Source: an uncultured Actinomycetes bacterium (lineage in GTDB: Bacteria; Actinomycetota; Thermoleophilia; UBA2241). Taken from it: DNA of 64,000 bases. The DNA is taken from NCBI GenBank assembly GCA_963783865.1, contig CAWAPD010000006.1, positions 103,199 to 167,198 on the forward strand, given 5' to 3'. The number at the start of each line of letters is the position of its first letter. The first letter of the stretch is position 1. Positions 1 through 11,467 of this stretch are shown piece by piece. A model generated the notes under the pieces. That model was given only the letters and a program-made list of their open reading frames with translations, ran no database searches and had not been told where the DNA came from. Both the position numbers and the translations under genes were made by a program.

Positions 1-1
1 G

Positions 2-367
2 GAACCGGGCGCCTGGGGCCTGCTGCTGCAGCGCTACTTCGCGGGCGAGCTGGTGGTGTTTCCGCTCGACGTCGACGCCTACGCGGCGGCCATCGCGGCC
101 ACCTCCTTCGAGACGGCCGTGCTCCGCGCGCTGCACGCGGTGCCCTACGGCGAGGTCCTGAGCTACAGGGACCTCGCCGTCCGCGCCGGTCACCCCAACG
201 CCTACCGGGCGGTCGGCAGCGTGATGGCCGGCAACCGGCTGCCGGTGATCCTGCCCTGCCACCGCGTGATCCGCAACGACGGCACGCTGGGCAACTACGG
301 GGACGACCCGGCCTGGAAGCGGCGCCTGCTCGAGCTCGAGGGCGCCGACCTGGGGAGGTCCGCGTGA
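2..367 (+). CDS. ogt: Methylated-DNA--protein-cysteine methyltransferase (5' partial)
   Basis: VPYGEVLSY..RAVG..N..PVILPCHRVI active-site motif; frame open to the window edge. Confidence 0.92.
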   Translation, partial: EPGAWGLLLQRYFAGELVVFPLDVDAYAAAIAATSFETAVLRALHAVPYGEVLSYRDLAVRAGHPNAYRAVGSVMAGNRLPVILPCHRVIRNDGTLGNYGDDPAWKRRLLELEGADLGRSA

Positions 368-1233
368 GCGGTCCCATGCCCTTCGTGATCGTCACCGGCC
401 TCTCCGGGGCCGGCAAGACGCTGGCCATGGACGTCTTCGAGGACGCGGGCTACTTCTGCGTCGACAATCTGCCGCCGCAGCTGCTCTCGACGCTCGTGGA
501 CCTGGTCCGCCTCGAGGGCAGCAAGGTCAGCAAGGTCGCCGTCGTCTCCGACGTGCGCGGCGGCGAGTACTTCGCCGAGCTCTCGCGCGTCCTCGACGAT
601 CTGCACGACCACGGTCTCGAGTACTCGCTCGTGTTCCTCGAGGCGTCCGACGACGTGCTGGTGCGGCGCTTCAAGGAGACTCGCCGCCGCCACCCGCTGG
701 CCGAGCACGGCACCGTGCTCGAGGGCATCCTCCGCGAACGCGACCTGCTCGGACCGCTGCGCGAGCGCGCCCACCACGTCGTCGACACGAGCTCGCTGAC
801 GGGACAGGAGCTGAAGAGCCTGCTGAGCGACGAGGTCATCCACCGCGGCCGGCGCCAGAGCCTCGTGTTCACCTTCGTGTCGTTCGGCTACAAGTTCGGC
901 GTACCGCTCGACGCCGACCTGCTGCTCGACGTGCGTTTCCTGCCGAACCCCTTCTACGACGCCGAGATGCGGCCCTTGACGGGCCTGGACGACCCGGTGC
1001 GCGACTACGTGCTCGGGTCGGTCGACTGCACCGAGTTCTTCGCGGTGCTGGTGCCCCTGCTCGATTACCTCTTCCCGCGCTACGTGGCCGAGGGCAAGGC
1101 GCACCTGACCGTCGGCATCGGCTGCACCGGCGGACGGCACCGTTCGGTGACGATCTCGGCGTGGCTGGCCGAGCACTTCGCGGCCAAGGGGTTTCAGACG
1201 ACCGTGCGGCACCGGGACATGCTGCGCGACTGA
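364..1233 (+). CDS. rapZ: RNase adapter RapZ/YvcJ P-loop protein
   Basis: VTGLSGAGKT, GYFCVDNLP, SFGYKFG, DVRFLPNP, GCTGGRHRSV motifs. Confidence 0.95.
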   Translation: MSGPMPFVIVTGLSGAGKTLAMDVFEDAGYFCVDNLPPQLLSTLVDLVRLEGSKVSKVAVVSDVRGGEYFAELSRVLDDLHDHGLEYSLVFLEASDDVLVRRFKETRRRHPLAEHGTVLEGILRERDLLGPLRERAHHVVDTSSLTGQELKSLLSDEVIHRGRRQSLVFTFVSFGYKFGVPLDADLLLDVRFLPNPFYDAEMRPLTGLDDPVRDYVLGSVDCTEFFAVLVPLLDYLFPRYVAEGKAHLTVGIGCTGGRHRSVTISAWLAEHFAAKGFQTTVRHRDMLRD

Positions 1234-1235
1234 CG

Positions 1236-2486
1236 ATGCAGCGCTCACGCCTCCAGTGGCTGTATCCGGGGGTCGGCGTCAAACGGTGGGTGCTGCTGAT
1301 CGTCGTCGGGGCGGCCGTGGCCGGCTACTCGGCCGTCGTCCTGCTGGGGCTCGTCGCCTCGCAGCACGTCCGCGACCAGCTCGGCGTCGGCTGGGCGGCC
1401 GGACACCCGCTGCGGGTGGCGGCGGTCGCCGCGCTGGCGCTGGCTCTGGGGGGCGCCGCCCTCGGGATCGGCCTCGTGCGCCTCTTCCGCTTCAGCCGTC
1501 CCGAGGGCGGCGCCCGGGAGATCCGCGACGTCGCCCGCCTGGCGCGCGGCCCCCGGGTCGTCGCCATCGGCGGCGGCACCGGCCTGGCGGCCCTGCTCAG
1601 CGGGCTCAAGCACGAGACGAGCAACCTGACGGCGGTGGTCACCGTCGCCGACGACGGCGGCAGTTCCGGCCTGCTGCGGCGCGAGATCGGCGTGCTGCCC
1701 CCCGGCGACATCCGTAACTGCCTCGTGGCGCTGGCCGACGACGAGTCGCTGATGAGCCGGCTGTTCCAGTACCGGTTCGCCGACGGTGGGCTGCAGGGCC
1801 ACAGCTTCGGCAACCTGTTCGTCACGGCCCTGGCCGAGGTCACCGGAGACTTCGACCGTGCCGTCCGGGAGTCGACCCACGTGCTCAAGGTCAGCGGCCG
1901 GGTGCTGCCGGCGACGCTGGAGGACGTCGTGCTGCACGCCGAGCTCCAGGGCGGCGAACGGGTCGCGGGCGAGAGCACGATCACCGCCGCCGACCGCCTG
2001 CCGCAGCGTGTCTGGCTCGAGCCCGGGAGGCCGGCGGCCCTGCCGCAGGCGCTCGAGGCGATCACCGCCGCCGACCTCGTCGTGCTCGGGCCCGGGAGCG
2101 TCTACACCAGCATCGTGCCCAACCTGCTGATCCCGGACGTGCGCGAGGCCATCAGGCGCACGCGCGCCCGCGTCGTGTACGTCTGCAACGTCATGACCCA
2201 GCCGGGAGAGACCGACGGCTACACGGCGGCCGACCACCTGAACGCGGTCTACCGCCACGGGGCCGCCGGCCTGGTCGACGCTGTCCTCGTGAACGACGCG
2301 CCCCCGTCGGCCGCCGTGGTGGCGAGCTACGAGCGCACGGGAGCGCGGCCCGTGCTCGTCGACGACGAGCAGCTGGCCGCGCTCGGCGTGCGCGTGGTCC
2401 ACGCCACGGTGGCGGCCGAGAGCGACGTGTTCCGCCACGACCCGGGGCGCCTGGCGGCGGCGCTGATCCGTCTCGCCGGGCGGTGA
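1236..2486 (+). CDS. yvcK: YvcK/CofD-like gluconeogenesis factor with N-terminal TM helices
   Basis: IGGGTGL, VADDGGSSG, PPGDIRNC, GHSFGNL; rapZ-yvcK-whiA synteny. Confidence 0.92.
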   Translation: MQRSRLQWLYPGVGVKRWVLLIVVGAAVAGYSAVVLLGLVASQHVRDQLGVGWAAGHPLRVAAVAALALALGGAALGIGLVRLFRFSRPEGGAREIRDVARLARGPRVVAIGGGTGLAALLSGLKHETSNLTAVVTVADDGGSSGLLRREIGVLPPGDIRNCLVALADDESLMSRLFQYRFADGGLQGHSFGNLFVTALAEVTGDFDRAVRESTHVLKVSGRVLPATLEDVVLHAELQGGERVAGESTITAADRLPQRVWLEPGRPAALPQALEAITAADLVVLGPGSVYTSIVPNLLIPDVREAIRRTRARVVYVCNVMTQPGETDGYTAADHLNAVYRHGAAGLVDAVLVNDAPPSAAVVASYERTGARPVLVDDEQLAALGVRVVHATVAAESDVFRHDPGRLAAALIRLAGR

Positions 2487-2490
2487 CCGG

Positions 2491-3438
2491 GTGAGCTTCA
2501 CGCAGGAGGTCAAGCGCGAGCTCGCGGCGATCCTGCCGGCGGAGCAGCATTGCCGGCTGGCCCAGGTCTCCGGCCTGGTGTTCGGCGCCGGCACCTTCGA
2601 GATCGCCGCCGGTGGCCAGTACACGCTGCGCGTGTCGCTGGCGCTGCCGTCGGTCGCCCGGTCCCTGCTGTCGCTGCTCAAGCCGCTCGGCGTGCAAGCG
2701 CAGCTGCGGACCGCCCGTACGCCTCCGACCGGCCTCCGCTACGAGGTCGTCCTGGGCGACGAGGGCCGCAACCTGCAGGTCCTGAACGAGGCCGGCGTGC
2801 TGAGCGACTCGTTCCGGCTGCAGACGGTCGTGCCTCGTCGCCTGGTCGCCCGCCACTGCTGCCAGGTCAGCCTGCTGCGCGGCCTGTTCCTCGGCTGCGG
2901 GTCGATCTCGAGCCCGGGAACGCCGGTCCACGCCGAGTTCACCGTCGAGAGCGAGGAGCTGGCCGAGGAGGCTGCGGGCCTGCTCGAACGGCTGGGGATG
3001 GAGTTCCACGTCGCGTCGCGCGGGCGCAACGTCGCCTGCTACACGAAGCGCGGCGAGACGGCGGCCGACCTGCTGGCGACGCTCGGCGCCCACGGGGCCC
3101 GGCTGCGCTGGGAGGAGAAGCTCGTGATCGGCGAGGTCCGCGGGCGGGCCAACCGGCTGGCGAACTGCGACCAGGCCAATGCCGGACGGGCCGCCGGGGC
3201 CGCGCGCCGGCAAGTCGAGGCCGCGCGGGAGCTGCTTGGCAGCCCCCGCGCGGCCTCGCTGCCGCCGGCGCTGCGCGCGGCGGCCGAGCTGCGCGTGGCC
3301 AACCCCTGGCTCAGCCTCGGCGAGCTGGCCGCGGCGGCGCGCCCGCCGCTGTCCAAGTCGGCCCTGAACCACCGTCTGCGTCGCCTCGAAGCCCTCGCGG
3401 GCCTGGGCGACAGGACCGGATCCGGCGCTGCGCGTTAG
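2491..3438 (+). CDS. whiA: DNA-binding protein WhiA
   Basis: MSFTQEVKREL, LRGLFLGCGSIS, ANRLANCDQAN, SKSALNHRLRRL. Confidence 0.93.
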   Translation: MSFTQEVKRELAAILPAEQHCRLAQVSGLVFGAGTFEIAAGGQYTLRVSLALPSVARSLLSLLKPLGVQAQLRTARTPPTGLRYEVVLGDEGRNLQVLNEAGVLSDSFRLQTVVPRRLVARHCCQVSLLRGLFLGCGSISSPGTPVHAEFTVESEELAEEAAGLLERLGMEFHVASRGRNVACYTKRGETAADLLATLGAHGARLRWEEKLVIGEVRGRANRLANCDQANAGRAAGAARRQVEAARELLGSPRAASLPPALRAAAELRVANPWLSLGELAAAARPPLSKSALNHRLRRLEALAGLGDRTGSGAAR

Positions 3439-3466
3439 CCTCTTGCGGCGCGCGGGAACGAGCTAG

Positions 3467-4552
<1,086 letters not shown>

Positions 4553-4580
4553 GCGCCTGACCGCGGAGGAGGGGAGAGGC

Positions 4581-5765
4581 GTGGCGAAGCTATCGATCGC
4601 CGACTATCCCGTGCGGGGCAAGCGCGTCTTCTTGCGCGTCGACTTCAACGTGCCGCTCGAGGGCGGCGCGGTGGCCGACGACACGCGCATCCGGGCCGCC
4701 CTGCCGACGATCCGCCGGCTGGTCGAGCAGGACTGCGCCGTCGTGATCGCCTCGCACCTGGGGCGGCCCAAGGGCCAGGTGGTCCCCGGGATGAGCCTGG
4801 CGCCGGCCGCCGCTCGTCTCTCGGAGCTGCTCGAACGGCCGGTCGCCATGGCCGGCGACTGCGTGGGTCCGGAGGTGGAGGCGGCGGCCGGCGCCCTCGG
4901 CCCCGGCGAGCTGCTCCTGCTCGAGAACCTGCGCTTCCACGCCGAGGAGACGGCGAACGATCCGGCCTTCGCGGCCCGGCTCGCCGCGCAAGCCGAGGTC
5001 TACGTCAACGACGCCTTCGGCACGGCCCACCGGGCCCACGCGTCGACCGTCGGCGTGCCGCGGATCCTGCCCGGCGTCGCCGGCCTGCTGATGGCCCGCG
5101 AGCTCGAGGTGCTCGGGCGCCTGCTGGCCGAGCCGCGGCGCCCGTTCGTCGTGATCCTCGGCGGCGCCAAGGTCTCCGACAAGATCGGCGTGATCGAGAA
5201 GATGCTGACCCTGGCCGACGCCATCCTGGTGGGCGGCGCCATGTGCTTCCCGCTGCTGTCGGCGCAGGGCGTCGAGGTCGGGCGTTCGAAGGTCGAAGAG
5301 GGCACGTCGGACGTCGCCCGGCACGTGGTCGAGGCCGCCGGGCGCGCCCGGTGCGAGTTCCTGCTGCCGACCGACATCGTGGTCGCCGCCGCGGCAGCGC
5401 AGGGAGCGGCCAAGCGCACGGTGGCCGTCGACGAGATCCCGACCGCGGAGATGGGACTCGACGTCGGGCCGCGGACGCTCGACACGTTCGCCTCCCGCAT
5501 CGGCGGCGCCGGCACGGTGTTCTGGAACGGGCCCATGGGCCTGTTCGAGATCGACGAGTTCGCCGGCGGCACGCGGGCGATCGCCCAGGCCGTGGCCGGA
5601 TGTCCCGGGGTCACGGTCGTCGGCGGCGGCGACACGGTCAGCGCGATCCGCAGGTTCGGGGTCGAGGACCGGATCACCCACGTCTCGACCGGCGGCGGCG
5701 CCTCGATGGAGTTCCTCGAAGGCAAGCCGCTGCCCGGGGTCGAGGCGCTTCTGGACCGGAAGTGA
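4581..5765 (+). CDS. pgk: Phosphoglycerate kinase
   Basis: RVDFNVP, LLENLRF, DAFGTAHRAH, STGGGASMEFLEG. Confidence 0.97.
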   Translation: MAKLSIADYPVRGKRVFLRVDFNVPLEGGAVADDTRIRAALPTIRRLVEQDCAVVIASHLGRPKGQVVPGMSLAPAAARLSELLERPVAMAGDCVGPEVEAAAGALGPGELLLLENLRFHAEETANDPAFAARLAAQAEVYVNDAFGTAHRAHASTVGVPRILPGVAGLLMARELEVLGRLLAEPRRPFVVILGGAKVSDKIGVIEKMLTLADAILVGGAMCFPLLSAQGVEVGRSKVEEGTSDVARHVVEAAGRARCEFLLPTDIVVAAAAAQGAAKRTVAVDEIPTAEMGLDVGPRTLDTFASRIGGAGTVFWNGPMGLFEIDEFAGGTRAIAQAVAGCPGVTVVGGGDTVSAIRRFGVEDRITHVSTGGGASMEFLEGKPLPGVEALLDRK

Positions 5766-5805
5766 CGCCGCGCCCGCCGGGCGCGGCGAGAAAGGAACGG
5801 GGACG

Positions 5806-6570
5806 ATGAGCGCACGCCGGCCGCTGATGGCGGGCAACTGGAAGATGTACAAGACCTCGGCCGAGGCGGTCGCGTTCGCCGAGGCGTTCGCGCCGCTGGT
5901 CGCGGGGGTCGACGACCGCGACGTCCTGTTGTGCGCCCCGTTCACCTCGCTGGCGGCGCTGGTCGGCGCGACCCGCGCCAGCGGCATCATGGTGGGCGCC
6001 CAGACCATGCACCACGAGCCCGAGGGCGCCTACACCGGCGAGGTGGCGGCGGGCATGCTCCTCGAGACCGGCGTCGCTGCGGTCGTGCTGGGCCATTCCG
6101 AGCGGCGCCAGTACTTCGCCGAGAACGACACCGACCTCGCGCAGAAGGTCCGGGTCGCCCTCGACGCGGGCTTGCTGCCCGTGCTCTGCTGCGGTGAGAC
6201 CGACGCCGAGCGCGTGGCCGGTCGCACCGAGGAGAAGGTCGGCGGCCAGCTCGACCGCGACCTCGGGGCGCTCAAGGCCGACGAGCTCGGCCGCCTGGCG
6301 ATCGCCTACGAACCCATCTGGGCGATCGGCACCGGCAAGACGGCCACGCCGGAGATGGCGCAGGAGACGGTCGCGTTCGTGCGCTCGCGCGTGCGCCGGG
6401 CGTTCGGTCCCGCCGCCGATCAGGTGCGGGTGCTGTACGGCGGCAGCGTCAAGGCAGCGAACATCGACGACCTGATGGCGCAGCCCGACATCGACGGCGT
6501 CCTGGTCGGCGGGGCCAGCCTCGACCCGCAGGAGTTCGCCCGCATCGTGCGGTTCCAGGCGGCCTCGTGA
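5806..6570 (+). CDS. tpiA: Triose-phosphate isomerase
   Basis: GNWKM, GHSERR, AYEPIWAIGTG, YGGSV. Confidence 0.97.
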   Translation: MSARRPLMAGNWKMYKTSAEAVAFAEAFAPLVAGVDDRDVLLCAPFTSLAALVGATRASGIMVGAQTMHHEPEGAYTGEVAAGMLLETGVAAVVLGHSERRQYFAENDTDLAQKVRVALDAGLLPVLCCGETDAERVAGRTEEKVGGQLDRDLGALKADELGRLAIAYEPIWAIGTGKTATPEMAQETVAFVRSRVRRAFGPAADQVRVLYGGSVKAANIDDLMAQPDIDGVLVGGASLDPQEFARIVRFQAAS

Positions 6571-8177
6571 GCACGACGGGAGAGGGCGGCCGGCCGGGGG
6601 CCACGGCCTCCGGACCGGACGCCGCGCTCTCGCCGGCCGGCCGCCTCTACCGGCCCGTCGTGCTCATGGTGCTCGACGGGTGGGGTTCGACGCGGCCCGG
6701 GCCGGGCAACGCCGTCACGCTGGCCGACACGCCCGACTTCGACCGGCTATGGGCCACGTGCCCGCACGGCATCCTCGAAGCGTCGGGGCCCGCTGTAGGC
6801 CTGCCGGCGGGCCAGATGGGCAACTCCGAGGTCGGCCACCTGAACATCGGCGCCGGCCGCGTCGTCTACCAGGACCTCACGCGCATCACCAAGGCGATCG
6901 AGGACGGGTCGTTCTTCGAGAACCCGATGCTGGTCGAGGCGTTCGACGCGGCCGCCCATGCGGGGACCACGCTGCACCTGATGGGGCTCGTCTCCGACGG
7001 TGGCGTGCACGCCGACATGGGCCACCTCAAGGCGTGCATCGACCTGGCCGTGCGGCAGGGTGTCGCGCACCTCGTCCTGCACGCCTTCCTCGACGGGCGC
7101 GACACGGGTCCGAAGAGCTCGCCGGGGTACCTGGCCGAGATCCAGGCGCACATGGACGCGGTCGGCCTCGGCCGCTACGGCACGGTCAGCGGGCGCTACT
7201 ACGCCATGGACCGCGACACACGGTGGGACCGGGTCAAGCTCGCCTACGACGCGCTGGCGTACGGCGACGGCCTCCAGGCGGCGAGCGCCGCCGAGGCCGT
7301 CGCCGCGGCCTACGCGCGCGGCGAGACCGACGAGTTCGTCAAGCCGACGGTGATCGGGGCGCGCGACGAGGGTCGCGTGCGCGATCGTGACGTCTGCCTG
7401 TTCTTCAACTTCCGTCCCGATCGCGCCCGCGAGCTCACGCGCGCCTTCACCGAGCAGCCGTTCGACTGCTTCGACCGGGGCGCCCACCCGCCTGCGGCGC
7501 GCTTCGTCACGTTGACCCAGTACAAGAAGGAGTTCCCCCTGCCCAAAGCGTTCCCACCCCAGCGCGTCGCCAACGTGCTGGCCGAGGTCCTCGCCGGGCA
7601 CGGGCTGCGGCAGCTGCACATCGCCGAGACCGAGAAGTACGCCCACGTCACGTTCTTCTTCAACGGCGGCGTCGAGCGCGAGCTCCCCGGCGAGACACGC
7701 ATCCTGGTGCCCAGCCCTCGCGACGTGCCGACCTACGACAAGAAGCCGGAGATGAGCGCCTTCACGGTCACCGACGAGCTCCTCGGGCAGCTCGACACCG
7801 GTGCCTTCGACTTCGTCGTCGTCAACTACGCGAACGCCGACATGGTCGGCCACTCCGGCGTGCTGAAGGCGGCGATCGCGGCCTGCGAGGCGGTCGACCG
7901 GTGCGTCGGGCGCGTCGTCGAGCGCGTGCGCGCTCTCGGAGGCGCCTGCCTGATCACGGCCGACCACGGCAACTCCGACAACATGGTCGAGCCCGACGGA
8001 GGGCCGAACACGGCGCACAGCACGAACCCCGTCCCCTTCATCGCCACGGTCGACGGCGTCGCCGTCCGCGAAGGGGGGATCCTCGCCGACCTGGCGCCGA
8101 CCGTCCTGCACCTGCTGGGACTGCCCGCGGCCTCCGAGATGACGGGGCGCGACCTGCTCGTACGCCGAGGGGACTAG
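6567..8177 (+). CDS. gpmI: 2,3-bisphosphoglycerate-independent phosphoglycerate mutase
   Basis: LDGWG, GQMGNSEVGH, GRYYAMDRD, AETEKYAHVTFFFNGG, TADHGN. Confidence 0.96.
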   Translation: MSTTGEGGRPGATASGPDAALSPAGRLYRPVVLMVLDGWGSTRPGPGNAVTLADTPDFDRLWATCPHGILEASGPAVGLPAGQMGNSEVGHLNIGAGRVVYQDLTRITKAIEDGSFFENPMLVEAFDAAAHAGTTLHLMGLVSDGGVHADMGHLKACIDLAVRQGVAHLVLHAFLDGRDTGPKSSPGYLAEIQAHMDAVGLGRYGTVSGRYYAMDRDTRWDRVKLAYDALAYGDGLQAASAAEAVAAAYARGETDEFVKPTVIGARDEGRVRDRDVCLFFNFRPDRARELTRAFTEQPFDCFDRGAHPPAARFVTLTQYKKEFPLPKAFPPQRVANVLAEVLAGHGLRQLHIAETEKYAHVTFFFNGGVERELPGETRILVPSPRDVPTYDKKPEMSAFTVTDELLGQLDTGAFDFVVVNYANADMVGHSGVLKAAIAACEAVDRCVGRVVERVRALGGACLITADHGNSDNMVEPDGGPNTAHSTNPVPFIATVDGVAVREGGILADLAPTVLHLLGLPAASEMTGRDLLVRRGD

Positions 8178-8280
8178 GCGCCGTCGGCGACGGCATGGCC
8201 GTCCGTCGCCGGGACCTGCGGCTCGGGGTTGTGTGCCTGCATACGTGAGCCTATTCTGATACAGTACCCGCCAAACTGGC

Positions 8281-8520
8281 ATGGCGACTACAAGGAGCAC
8301 AGTGCTCAACCTCATCCTCATCATGGTCTATCTCGCGTGCTGCGCGCTGCTGGTGGCGCTGGTCCTCATGCATTCCGGCAAGGACGCCGGCATGAGCAGC
8401 TCCTCCGGCTTCTCCTTCGCCGCGCAGGCGAGCGTCATGGAAAAGAACCTGACCCGCTACACGATCGCGACCGGGATCGTCTACTTCGTCCTCAGCTTCG
8501 TCCTCGCGTGGCGGTTGTGA
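8281..8520 (+). CDS. secG: Preprotein translocase subunit SecG
   Basis: 79 aa, two TM segments, VLMHSGK..G...EKNLTRYT; typical position after tpiA/gpmI. Confidence 0.88.
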   Translation: MATTRSTVLNLILIMVYLACCALLVALVLMHSGKDAGMSSSSGFSFAAQASVMEKNLTRYTIATGIVYFVLSFVLAWRL

Positions 8521-8688
8521 ATGCGTCCTAGCGTCAGCACCGACGGGACCGCCGGCGCCGCCGGCAGGGGAAAGGGGGGTGCGACCAGCGACAGACGATG
8601 ATTCGGCCCGACCTGGGGCAGGGTCCGGCCACCGGGGAACCCCGAGGGGGTGTTCCTCGTGTCCCTTGAGTGTTCGAAGGAGGCAACA

Positions 8689-10353
8689 TTGAACAACCTC
8701 AACACGAGGTCGCGGGTCATCCTGATCGTGGCCGTGCTCGTTGTGGCGCTCACGCTCGTGCTCGCCGGCTGCGGCAGTAGCAACCAGGGGAGCTCCGGCA
8801 CGACCACCACCGGCGGCACGCCCAAGGCCGGCGGCACCTACAACTTCCCGCTCGACGGCGAGCCGGTCGGCATCGCGCCGGTCACCCAGCAGGAGAGCAT
8901 CGGCTGGAACGTGGCCCATCAGATGTTCGAGGGCCTGTTTACCTACGACCTGCAGCCCGACGGCATCATGAAGACCGTGCCGAGCCTCTGCGAGAGCTTC
9001 ACGGTGAGCTCCGACGCGAAGACCTATACCTTCAAGATCAAGCACGGCGTCATGTTCCAAGCCCCGGTCAACCGCGAGGTCAAGGCGCAGGATTTCGTCG
9101 CCTCGTGGAACGCCGTCACCGACCCGGCGAACTGGGTCAGCGGCACACCGGCCTACATCATGGAGCCGATCGTGGGCACCGACGACTCGGGAGGGGCCAA
9201 GAACGGCCTCACCGGCGTCAAGGCGCTCGACGACTACACGCTCCAGGTCAAGCTCAAGTACCCGTTCGCCGACTTCCCGACGAGCCTCGGTCACCCGATC
9301 GCCTCGGTCTGGCCGGTCGACTACGCGACGAAGGAAGGCCTCTCGAAGTTCAATGCGGCCCCCGTCGGCACCGGCCCGTTCGTCTTCAAGAAGTGGGTCC
9401 ACAACCAGTACATCGACCTGGTCAAGAACCCGAACTGGTGGAGCAAGACCGGTGGTCCGTACGTCGACTCGGTCCACATGCCGATGTTCTCCGACCCCTC
9501 GACCGAGTGGCTGTCGTTCCAGAAGGGCACGATCGACTGGACGGCAGTGCCGGTCGGCCAGGTCGCCTCATCCCAGACGATGGCCAAGTCGAAGGGTTGG
9601 AGCTACAACATGTGGCCGCAGCTCGCCGTCTACTACATCTGCTTCAACTGGAAGGACCCGGTCGTCGGCGGCACGGCCAACCTGCCGCTGCGCCAGGCCC
9701 TGTCGTACGCCACCGACCGTGACGCTGTCATCAACACGGTGCAGGAGGGCGTCGACCTGCAGCCGACCGGCGTGGTGCCGCACGGCATCCCCGGCTCGGA
9801 GAAGTCGACCCTCGCGTACCCGTACGACCCGGCTAAGGCCAAGGACATCGTCGCTCAACTCGGCACCGTGCCGACGCTCAAGCTCTGGTACAACACCGCC
9901 GCCGACCACGACAAGATCCTGGCGCCGGTGCAGGCCGGCTGGAAGTCCGTGGGCCTCAACGCCACGATGACCGGCCTCGAGTGGGGCACGTACCTCACGA
10001 AGATCCAGAAGAACCAGGGCGACCAGATCTACCGCCTCGGCTGGCTTGCCGACTACCCGGCGATGGACAACTTCCTGTTCCCACTGTTCACAACGGGCGT
10101 CTCTGGCATCAACTTGGGCACGTACTACTCCAACCCTCAGGTCGATGCCCTGGTGAAGCAGGCCCGCGGCACGACCGACGACACGCAGCGTGAGAACACC
10201 TACCTGGAGGCCGAGAAGATCATCCTGGCCGACGCTCCGGTGATCCCGCTGTACGACTACCGTGACTACCGCATCGCGAACCCGCGTGTGGCGAACCAGG
10301 TCTACAGCCCCCTGTCCACGGTCGACATGTGGAAGGTATGGGTGGCCCAGTAA
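8689..10353 (+). CDS. Peptide ABC transporter substrate-binding lipoprotein (family 5, OppA/DppA-like)
   Basis: TTG start after AAGGAGG; LAGC lipobox; PVGTGPF, GWLADYP motifs. Confidence 0.92.
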   Translation: MNNLNTRSRVILIVAVLVVALTLVLAGCGSSNQGSSGTTTTGGTPKAGGTYNFPLDGEPVGIAPVTQQESIGWNVAHQMFEGLFTYDLQPDGIMKTVPSLCESFTVSSDAKTYTFKIKHGVMFQAPVNREVKAQDFVASWNAVTDPANWVSGTPAYIMEPIVGTDDSGGAKNGLTGVKALDDYTLQVKLKYPFADFPTSLGHPIASVWPVDYATKEGLSKFNAAPVGTGPFVFKKWVHNQYIDLVKNPNWWSKTGGPYVDSVHMPMFSDPSTEWLSFQKGTIDWTAVPVGQVASSQTMAKSKGWSYNMWPQLAVYYICFNWKDPVVGGTANLPLRQALSYATDRDAVINTVQEGVDLQPTGVVPHGIPGSEKSTLAYPYDPAKAKDIVAQLGTVPTLKLWYNTAADHDKILAPVQAGWKSVGLNATMTGLEWGTYLTKIQKNQGDQIYRLGWLADYPAMDNFLFPLFTTGVSGINLGTYYSNPQVDALVKQARGTTDDTQRENTYLEAEKIILADAPVIPLYDYRDYRIANPRVANQVYSPLSTVDMWKVWVAQ

Positions 10354-10414
10354 GGGAGAAAACGCTCGTTTGCAGGCGGTTGTCCCGAAGGGAGTGACCG
10401 CGTAGACTGCACGA

Positions 10415-10452
10415 GGGCGGCGCGCCGGCGCATTCGCGCCGGCGCGCCGCCC
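10415..10452 (+). terminator. Perfect 17-bp GC hairpin after the binding-protein gene (mRNA stabiliser or partial terminator)
   Basis: GGGCGGCGCGCCGGCGC-ATTC-GCGCCGGCGCGCCGCCC followed by ACCTTT. Confidence 0.6.
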
Positions 10453-10489
10453 ACCTTTGGAGGCGTTGGACGGAGAGTAGTCATCTAGC

Positions 10490-11464
10490 ATGCTCGGCTA
10501 CATCGGCAGACGACTGATACAGCTGGTGATCGTCCTCATCGGGGTCACGATCATCACCTTCCTGATCATGTTCCTCATCCCCGGCGACCCCGCCTACCTG
10601 CTGGCGGGCAAGAACGCCACGCCGCAGCGCGTCGCCGAGGTCCGGCACAACCTCGGCCTCGACCAGCCGATCTACAGGCAGTACGTGAGTTTCGTGAACA
10701 GGCTGGTGCACGGCGACTTCGGCGAGTCGTACCAGTTCGAGCGCCCGGTGCGTGACATGCTCCTCCAGGCGATCCCGGTCACGGCCCAGCTCGCCATCGC
10801 GGCGGTACTGATGGAATTGCTGGGGATTCCGCTCGGCGTGTACTCCGCGCTGCGCCAGTACACGTTCTGGGACACCGCCCTGACCACGGTGGCGCTGCTC
10901 ATCTGGGGCATTCCCGTGTTCGTGCTGGCGATCTTCCTGCAGTGGTTCTTCGGGTTGAAGCTGGGCGAGTGGACCGGGCTCAACATCTTCCCCATCGTGG
11001 GGATCGGCGGGAACACGTTCCTGTGGGTGATACCGCGCGACTGGGCCAACCTGTCGGCCCTGATCCTGCCGGCGATCGCGGTGGGCCTCGTCGAGATCGC
11101 CTACATCTCCTACATGCAGCGCGCCTCGATGCTCGAGGTCATCCGTACCGACTACGTGCGCACGGCGCGCGCCAAGGGACTCAGCGAGCGGTCGGTCGTG
11201 CTCAAGCACAGCCTCAAGAACGCCATGATCCCGGTGTTGACGATCGCCGGCATCGACCTCGGCGCCCTGCTCGGCGGCGCGATCATCACGGAGACGGTGT
11301 TCGCGCGACCCGGCGTGGGCCTGATGATCTACCGCGCCATCACCGCGCGCGACCTGCCGGTCGTGGCGGCCGGCGTGCTGTTCGCCACGTTCGCCTACGT
11401 GATCGCGAACCTCGTCGTCGACATCGCCTACGCGTACGTCGACCCGCGGATCAGGTACGAGTAG
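10490..11464 (+). CDS. Peptide ABC permease OppB/DppB-like
   Basis: PGDPA, GLDQP, DYVRTARAKGL, ETVFARPGVG, DPRI. Confidence 0.93.
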   Translation: MLGYIGRRLIQLVIVLIGVTIITFLIMFLIPGDPAYLLAGKNATPQRVAEVRHNLGLDQPIYRQYVSFVNRLVHGDFGESYQFERPVRDMLLQAIPVTAQLAIAAVLMELLGIPLGVYSALRQYTFWDTALTTVALLIWGIPVFVLAIFLQWFFGLKLGEWTGLNIFPIVGIGGNTFLWVIPRDWANLSALILPAIAVGLVEIAYISYMQRASMLEVIRTDYVRTARAKGLSERSVVLKHSLKNAMIPVLTIAGIDLGALLGGAIITETVFARPGVGLMIYRAITARDLPVVAAGVLFATFAYVIANLVVDIAYAYVDPRIRYE

Positions 11465-11467
11465 CCG

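Noticed and set aside
8521-8688. Leader of the peptide-binding protein gene with hairpin GGAACCCC-GAG-GGGGTGTTCC; considered as tRNA or riboswitch
   Set aside because: No cloverleaf, T-box or recognisable aptamer core; only a generic hairpin.
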